A stretch of DNA of 39,284 nucleotides from assembly GCA_045613705.1 (NCBI GenBank), contig JAZLBM010000215.1, positions 1 through 39,284 of the forward strand, in the 5' to 3' direction. The position numbers were made by a program, and so were the translations under genes. Within the stretch, counting starts at the first letter, position 1. Every line of letters starts with the position of its first letter. Of this stretch, positions 34,536 to 39,284 are shown piece after piece. The notes beneath the pieces are model-generated. The model worked only from the letters and a program-made list of their open reading frames with translations. It did no database searches and had not been told where the DNA came from. Origin of the DNA: Eubacteriales bacterium. Its GTDB lineage: Bacteria; Bacillota; Clostridia; Oscillospirales; CAG-272.

Positions 34536-36559
34536 GAGTGGCGGAAAACGCGGGCTTTTGCTTTGGCGTCAAGCTTGCGGCAGATAAGATCGAGGAAGCA
34601 CTGAAAAGGGGAGAGAAGACGCGCATTTTTACGCTTGGACATCTGATCCACAATGCCGTGTATAACGAGCGGCTTGCCGCGGCAGGTGTTTATGCCGTGA
34701 CCTTGGAGGAGATCGCTAAGATCGCCCCCACGGCAACTGCGGAGCGCCCCGTGTGCCTTTTCATTCGTGCCCACGGAATCCCCGTGGAGACCGAGGAGCG
34801 TCTTATGGCGCTCTGTCGGGAGAATCCTCATTTCTCCTTCGAGGATTGCACCTGCCCCCACGTGAAGAAGATCCATCGCATCGCCCGTGAGCATGCGAGC
34901 GAGGATGCCAGATTCATCCTCTTCGGTGATGAATTGCATCCCGAGGTGATCGGAATCATGAGCTATTTTGACGGCGAAAAATACGTTTTCGAGAGCCCGG
35001 CCCATTTTGCGGAAGCGGTGGAAAAAGGCGAGTTGTGCAACTTGGACAAGAAAACTTCGATTTTTGCCCTTCAAACCACTTATAATTTGTCGAAGTGGAA
35101 AAAAACACAAGAAATTCTCAAAAAGTACTGTACAAACCCGTTAATTTTTGATACAATATGTAATGTTACGGAAAAAAGACAGCTTGAAGCCGAAGGGCTG
35201 GCACGAGAGAGCGACGCTATGATCGTGGTGGGCGGAAAAGAAAGCTCCAACACCGCGAAGCTGGCAGATATCTGCCGCGGGCAATGCCCCGATACCGTTC
35301 TTATCGAGTCACTGTCGGAATTGAGTCTGCTTGATCCGAACAGATATACCCACAAGAAAGTGGGAATTGTCGCAGGGGCATCGACCCCGAGCGACATAAT
35401 AGAGGAGGTTTACAAAAAAATGAGTGAACAAGAAAACTTTGCTCAAATGCTCGAGGAATCATTCAAAACTTTAAATACAGGAGACACCGTTACCGGAATC
35501 GTAACTCGCGTTACCGATACCGAGCTGCAGCTTGATCTGGGCACGAAAGTGACCGGAATCATCAAGTCCGAGCAGATCACCGACGATACTTCTGTAAAGC
35601 TTACCGAGCAGTTCAAGGTAGGCGACAGCGTAGACGCATTCGTTATCCGCGTAAGCGATATCGAGGGCGTAGCAGAGCTTTCCAAGAAGCGTGTTGACGC
35701 AGACAAGAACTGGGTCAAGATCGTTGAGGCAAGCCAGAACGGCGATGTCCTTGAGGGCAAGATCACTTCCGTCGTAAAGGGCGGTCTGGTTGCTATCGTG
35801 GATTCCGTTCGCGTATTCATCCCCGCAGCACATTCCGGCGTTCCGCGTGACGGCGATCTTTCTGCTCTTGTTGGTACTACCGCAAAGCTGAAGGTGATCG
35901 AGGTCAAGGACTTCGGCAAGAAGGCTGTTGGCTCCATCCGTGTTGTCAAGAGAGAAGAGCAGCGCGCAATGGAGGCTGAGTTCTGGGCAACCATCGAGGA
36001 AGGCAAGCAGTACACCGGTGTTGTTAAGAGCATGACCAGCTACGGCGCGTTCGTAGATCTTGGCGGCGTTGACGGCATGGTACACGCAACCGAGCTTTCC
36101 TGGAAGCGTATTAAGAATCCTGCAGAGGTCGTTGCTATCGGCGACGTTATCACTGTATTCGTTAAGAGCTTTGACGCTGAGAAGAAGCGCATCTCTCTTG
36201 GCTACAAGACCGAGGAGTCCAATCCTTGGACGATCTTCAAGAATACATACATCGTAGGCGACGTTGTTTCCGTTAAGATCGTAAACATGATGCCCTTCGG
36301 TGCATTCGCAGAGATCGTAGACGGCGTTGACGGTCTGATCCACATTTCTCAGATCGCGCAGAAGCGCATCGAGAAGCCCGCTGACGTTCTTGAGATCGGT
36401 CAGGTTGTGGATGCAAAGATCATCGAGATCGACGATGAGAAGCAGAAGGTCAGCCTTTCCATCCGCGTGCTTCTTGACGAGGCACAGGCAGCTGACGAGG
36501 CTATGCCTGAGGATTATGCTGACGAGGCTCCCGTTGAGGAGACTGCAGACGCTGAATAA
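34523..36559 (+). CDS. ispH: Bifunctional 4-hydroxy-3-methylbut-2-enyl diphosphate reductase (IspH/LytB) fused to ribosomal protein S1-like repeats
   Basis: 678 aa. The N-terminal ~290 aa are IspH-like (AENAGFCFGV, conserved Cys context, VVGGKESSNT). The C-terminal ~380 aa carry four S1/OB repeats (e.g. YTGVVKSMTSYGAFVDLGGVDGMVH, VVSVKIVNMMPFGAFAEIVDGVDGLIHISQ). This fusion architecture is annotated in many Clostridia. Confidence 0.92.
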   Translation: MAEVRVAENAGFCFGVKLAADKIEEALKRGEKTRIFTLGHLIHNAVYNERLAAAGVYAVTLEEIAKIAPTATAERPVCLFIRAHGIPVETEERLMALCRENPHFSFEDCTCPHVKKIHRIAREHASEDARFILFGDELHPEVIGIMSYFDGEKYVFESPAHFAEAVEKGELCNLDKKTSIFALQTTYNLSKWKKTQEILKKYCTNPLIFDTICNVTEKRQLEAEGLARESDAMIVVGGKESSNTAKLADICRGQCPDTVLIESLSELSLLDPNRYTHKKVGIVAGASTPSDIIEEVYKKMSEQENFAQMLEESFKTLNTGDTVTGIVTRVTDTELQLDLGTKVTGIIKSEQITDDTSVKLTEQFKVGDSVDAFVIRVSDIEGVAELSKKRVDADKNWVKIVEASQNGDVLEGKITSVVKGGLVAIVDSVRVFIPAAHSGVPRDGDLSALVGTTAKLKVIEVKDFGKKAVGSIRVVKREEQRAMEAEFWATIEEGKQYTGVVKSMTSYGAFVDLGGVDGMVHATELSWKRIKNPAEVVAIGDVITVFVKSFDAEKKRISLGYKTEESNPWTIFKNTYIVGDVVSVKIVNMMPFGAFAEIVDGVDGLIHISQIAQKRIEKPADVLEIGQVVDAKIIEIDDEKQKVSLSIRVLLDEAQAADEAMPEDYADEAPVEETADAE

Positions 36560-36568
36560 TTCGAGCGC

Positions 36569-36601
36569 AAGACGCTCTCCTTCGGGAGGGCGTCTTTTTT
36601 T
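36569..36601 (+). terminator. Intrinsic terminator after ispH::S1
   Basis: 12-bp stem AAGACGCTCTCC / GGAGGGCGTCTT with one G-U pair and a UUCG tetraloop, followed by a T7 run. Confidence 0.88.
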
Positions 36602-36622
36602 GCGGAAAAAGCAAAAAAAGCA

Positions 36623-36651
36623 TTGCGCTTTCGGGGAATCTGCGGTATAAT
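36623..36651 (+). promoter_or_regulatory. Candidate promoter of the UPF0340 gene
   Basis: TTGCGC (36623-36628), 17-nt spacer, TATAAT (36646-36651). Confidence 0.45.
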
Positions 36652-36683
36652 ATGGTATCAACAAAAGTAGAGGTAACAGTAAA

Positions 36684-37235
36684 ATGCTTGACACTATAAA
36701 AATGCAGGCCGAAAAGGCCGTGCGCGAGCTTATCGAGATCGCGGCACTGAAAAAGGGCGACCTTCTTGTCATCGGATGCTCCTCCTCGGAGATCGTGGGC
36801 GAGCACATCGGCAAGGGCTCCAGCCTTGAGGCGGCGCGCGCCGTCTTTGACGGAATCTATCCCGTGCTTCGCGAGAAGGGGATCTATCTTGCCGCGCAAT
36901 GCTGTGAGCACCTGAACCGCGCCCTTATCGTAGAAAATGAATACGCGGAGGCTCACGGTCTTGAGGTGGTAACCGTAAGACCTATGCCCAAGGCAGGCGG
37001 CTCCTTTGCTACCACCGCCTACGAGACCTTCGATAGCCCCGTGGCGGTAGAAGCGGTTTTTGCAAACGCCGGCATCGACATCGGCGGAACGCTGATCGGT
37101 ATGCATCTGCGCCGCGTGGCGGTGCCTGTCCGACTGACAGTCAAAAAGATCGGCGAGGCCAATATTTTGTGCGCGAGAACCCGCCCCAAATTCATTGGCG
37201 GCGCCCGCGCGGTCTATCCCGAAAATATGTCATAA
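36684..37235 (+). CDS. TIGR01440 / UPF0340 family protein (YwlG-like), function unknown
   Basis: 183 aa. The blocks GDLLVIGCSSSEIVGEHIG and AAQCCEHLNRALIVE match my memory of this conserved Firmicute family. Confidence 0.75.
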   Translation: MLDTIKMQAEKAVRELIEIAALKKGDLLVIGCSSSEIVGEHIGKGSSLEAARAVFDGIYPVLREKGIYLAAQCCEHLNRALIVENEYAEAHGLEVVTVRPMPKAGGSFATTAYETFDSPVAVEAVFANAGIDIGGTLIGMHLRRVAVPVRLTVKKIGEANILCARTRPKFIGGARAVYPENMS

Positions 37236-37286
37236 AAACGGCAATAAAATTGTCGAATTTATGTGAAAAATGTGAGTGAATTTCTA

Positions 37287-37315
37287 TTGACATTTCGAGT
37301 GTAAAGTGCTATTAT
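37287..37315 (+). promoter_or_regulatory. Candidate promoter of the antiporter gene
   Basis: TTGACA (37287-37292), 17-nt spacer, TGcTATTAT extended -10 (37310-37315). Confidence 0.5.
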
Positions 37316-37358
37316 ATTCCTGTTTTGTTTTTACCATTATCAGAAAGGTGTTATTACC

Positions 37359-38642
37359 ATGGAAATTCTTTTAAGTATAGCAATTGCCCTCATGGCAGGT
37401 CTTATGATGACCCGTGTGATCAAGCCCCTCGGCCTTCCCGCCGTTACCGGCTATCTGATCGCCGGTGTTCTGATCGGCCCCTTCTGCCTCGGACTTCTGG
37501 GCGTTGAGGGAATCGGATTCCCCACGATGGAGTACGTAGGCCGCTTCGGCGTCATCGCCGACGTAGCGCTTGGCTTCATTGCCTTCTCGATCGGTAACGA
37601 GTTCCGCGTTTCTCAGCTGAAGCAGATCGGAAAGCAGGCAACCGTGATCGCCATCTTCCAGGCAGTTACGGCCACCGTTCTCGTTGATATCGCGCTTTGC
37701 AGCCTCAGCCTGATCCTTGGCGAGGATAAGCTTCCTATGAGCGTTGCCATTACCCTCGGTGCGATCGCCACCGCGACGGCGCCCGCCGCAACCCTGATGG
37801 TTGTCCGCCAGTATAAGGCAAAGGGTAAGCTTACCGATATCCTTCTTCCTATCGTTGCTCTTGACGACGCCGTAGGTCTTGTTGTGTTTGCCGTATCCTT
37901 TGGTATTGCAAAGGGTATGCAGAGCGGCGAGATCAGCTTGATCTCGGTTATTGTCAACCCCATCGTTGAGATCGTTGCATCTCTCGGCCTCGGTATGGCT
38001 ATGGGCTTCCTCTTCTCTGAGGTTGAGAAGCTGTTCCACTCCCGAAGCAAGCGTCTTTCGGTTTCGGTAATGTTCGTTATCGCAACCGTTGCCATTACGA
38101 TGCTTCACTTCAACGTCGGCCCCGTAGCAGTCGGCTTCTCGCCTCTGCTTGCTTGCATGATGCTGGGCACCGTGTTCTGCAACGTCTGCGAATCCTCGGA
38201 GGAGCTGATGGACAGAGTCGACAGATGGACGACCCCCTTGTTCGTTCTGTTCTTCGTTATCAGCGGCGCCGAGCTTGAGCTTGACGTCTTTACAGACATC
38301 GTTATCGTGGGGATCGGCGTGGTTTACATTCTGTTCCGCTCCCTTGGTAAGTACTTCGGCTCTTACGCCAGCGCCAAGTTCATGAAGTGTGACGATAATA
38401 TTGTGAAGAACCTTGGTATCACGCTTCTGCCTCAGGCGGGCGTGGCGCTTGGTATGTCGGTTACGGCTATGCAGCTGGGCGGCTATGCGGGCGGACTGAT
38501 CCGCAACATCGTTCTGTTCTCGGTTCTGATCTACGAGCTGGTTGGCCCTATGCTGACCAAGATGGCATTGACCAGAGCAGGGGAGATCATTCCTCACGAG
38601 CGCAAGTCCTCGAAGGTCCTCAATATCGACCGTCAGCAATAA
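37359..38642 (+). CDS. Cation:proton antiporter (CPA2-like Na+/H+ or K+/H+ exchanger), membrane domain only
   Basis: 427 aa, about 12 TM. The N-terminus LPAVTGYLIAGVLIGPFCLG is typical of the sodium/hydrogen exchanger family. There is no C-terminal RCK/TrkA domain. Confidence 0.85.
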   Translation: MEILLSIAIALMAGLMMTRVIKPLGLPAVTGYLIAGVLIGPFCLGLLGVEGIGFPTMEYVGRFGVIADVALGFIAFSIGNEFRVSQLKQIGKQATVIAIFQAVTATVLVDIALCSLSLILGEDKLPMSVAITLGAIATATAPAATLMVVRQYKAKGKLTDILLPIVALDDAVGLVVFAVSFGIAKGMQSGEISLISVIVNPIVEIVASLGLGMAMGFLFSEVEKLFHSRSKRLSVSVMFVIATVAITMLHFNVGPVAVGFSPLLACMMLGTVFCNVCESSEELMDRVDRWTTPLFVLFFVISGAELELDVFTDIVIVGIGVVYILFRSLGKYFGSYASAKFMKCDDNIVKNLGITLLPQAGVALGMSVTAMQLGGYAGGLIRNIVLFSVLIYELVGPMLTKMALTRAGEIIPHERKSSKVLNIDRQQ

Positions 38643-38647
38643 AAAGA

Positions 38648-38676
38648 AAAGACGCCCTTTGCGGCGTCTTTTTTTC
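38648..38676 (+). terminator. Intrinsic terminator after the antiporter gene
   Basis: Stem AAAGACGCC / GGCGTCTTT with a CTTTGC loop, followed by a T-run (38669-38675). Confidence 0.8.
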
Positions 38677-38706
38677 TTGACAAAGAGAATTTGAATGTGA
38701 TATAAT
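38677..38706 (+). promoter_or_regulatory. Candidate promoter of the lipoprotein gene
   Basis: TTGACA (38677-38682), 18-nt spacer, TGaTATAAT extended -10 (38701-38706). Confidence 0.5.
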
Positions 38707-38731
38707 GAGAAAAATGACGTTGGAGGAAAAG

Positions 38732-39284
38732 ATGAAACCTCGCAGAAATCTTATCCTGTTTTTACTGATATGCGTTCTCGCGCTCCTGTCTGCTTGCGGC
38801 GACGCGCCCGATACGGAGGTCCTCGCTCCCGAAACGGAAAGCGGAACGGAAAGCGAGACGGAAGGCGCGCCTGAAGAAGGCACCCACACCCACGAGTTTA
38901 CGCTGACGGAAACGGTTGCGGGAACCTGCCTTGAGCAGGGCTATGACCGCTACGACTGTAGCTGCGGTATGTCCTATAAATCCTTGATCGTTTCGGCTCA
39001 CAGCTATAAGGAGGTCAAGGACGTGACGGGCGAGTATACCAAGCGCGAATGCACGGCGTGCGGCGATTATAAGATCGTTCGCAACCAGACCTATTTGTAC
39101 AATATCGATTTTGAAAACGCCACCTCCGCCAAGGACGCGGCCAATCAGCCTCCCAACCTGGAGTTTTACGTGTCTGCGGGTGAGGAAATGACCCTTGAGA
39201 AGGACGAGAACGGATCGTATATGACCATTGTCGCCAGCAATTACTACGTCCGCGATAAGTCGGGCGTGTTCGCAAGCGGCGAGA
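38732..39284 (+). CDS. Putative lipoprotein, 5' partial (continues beyond the right edge)
   Basis: Not in the ORF track because there is no stop codon in the window. ATG 38732 lies 4 nt after GGAGGA... My translation is MKPRRNLILFLLICVLALLSACGDAPDTE..., a signal peptide with lipobox LSAC. An acidic Glu/Thr linker follows, then a Cys-containing segment. The frame stays open for about 184 codons to the window end. Confidence 0.7.
   Translation, partial: MKPRRNLILFLLICVLALLSACGDAPDTEVLAPETESGTESETEGAPEEGTHTHEFTLTETVAGTCLEQGYDRYDCSCGMSYKSLIVSAHSYKEVKDVTGEYTKRECTACGDYKIVRNQTYLYNIDFENATSAKDAANQPPNLEFYVSAGEEMTLEKDENGSYMTIVASNYYVRDKSGVFASGE

Noticed and set aside
1-39284. A search for CRISPR arrays, tandem or terminal inverted repeats of mobile elements, integrase, transposase or phage genes, toxin-antitoxin pairs, defence-system hallmarks (nucleases, helicases, methyltransferases, STAND/TIR/HEPN-like proteins), and tRNA or rRNA genes.
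   Set aside because: None were found by eye. Every ORF over 60 aa that I consider real is accounted for by housekeeping, transport or regulatory functions, or by three small orphans. I therefore do not claim a novel multi-gene system in this window.

Overview
This is a core chromosomal segment of a moderately GC-rich Firmicute. Gene order, an IspH::S1 fusion, a type-Z S14 and strong GGAGG-type ribosome-binding sites suggest Clostridia, but that is inference only.

Left third (1-11.1 kb): nagB; a divergent AraC-type regulator; an operon of an orphan 255-aa protein, glpK and a HAD phosphatase; the ylxM-ffh-rpsP-KH cluster; an orphan polytopic membrane protein; and an ArsR/SmtB repressor paired with a P1B heavy-metal ATPase, with a clear promoter/operator.

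Middle (11.1-27.0 kb): a complete, uninterrupted S10-spc-alpha ribosomal superoperon of 31 genes, rpsJ to rplQ. It includes two genes under 60 aa that are missing from the ORF track (rpmD, rpmJ).

Right third: a MATE exporter; an NCS2 nucleobase permease; a tightly packed rpiR / BaiN-like flavoprotein / MBL hydrolase / cmk / plsC / ispH::S1 operon; a UPF0340 protein; a CPA2 antiporter; and the 5' part of a lipoprotein gene running off the right edge.

I saw no rRNA, tRNA, CRISPR array, transposase, integrase or phage genes. I do not see a convincing novel multi-gene system; most of the window is ordinary housekeeping DNA.

The items worth a second look are:
- Candidate cis-acting RNAs: a terminator/antiterminator leader upstream of the permease, a roughly 310-nt S10 leader, and unusually long structured rpsJ-rplC and rpsZ-rpsH spacers.
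- The orphan helical protein that overlaps glpK.
- A few protein-level oddities: a His/Cys-rich ATPase N-terminus, a Cys4 uL24, and an internal SD+ATG at the IspH::S1 junction.

All family assignments rest on my reading of the translated ORFs. No database search was run.
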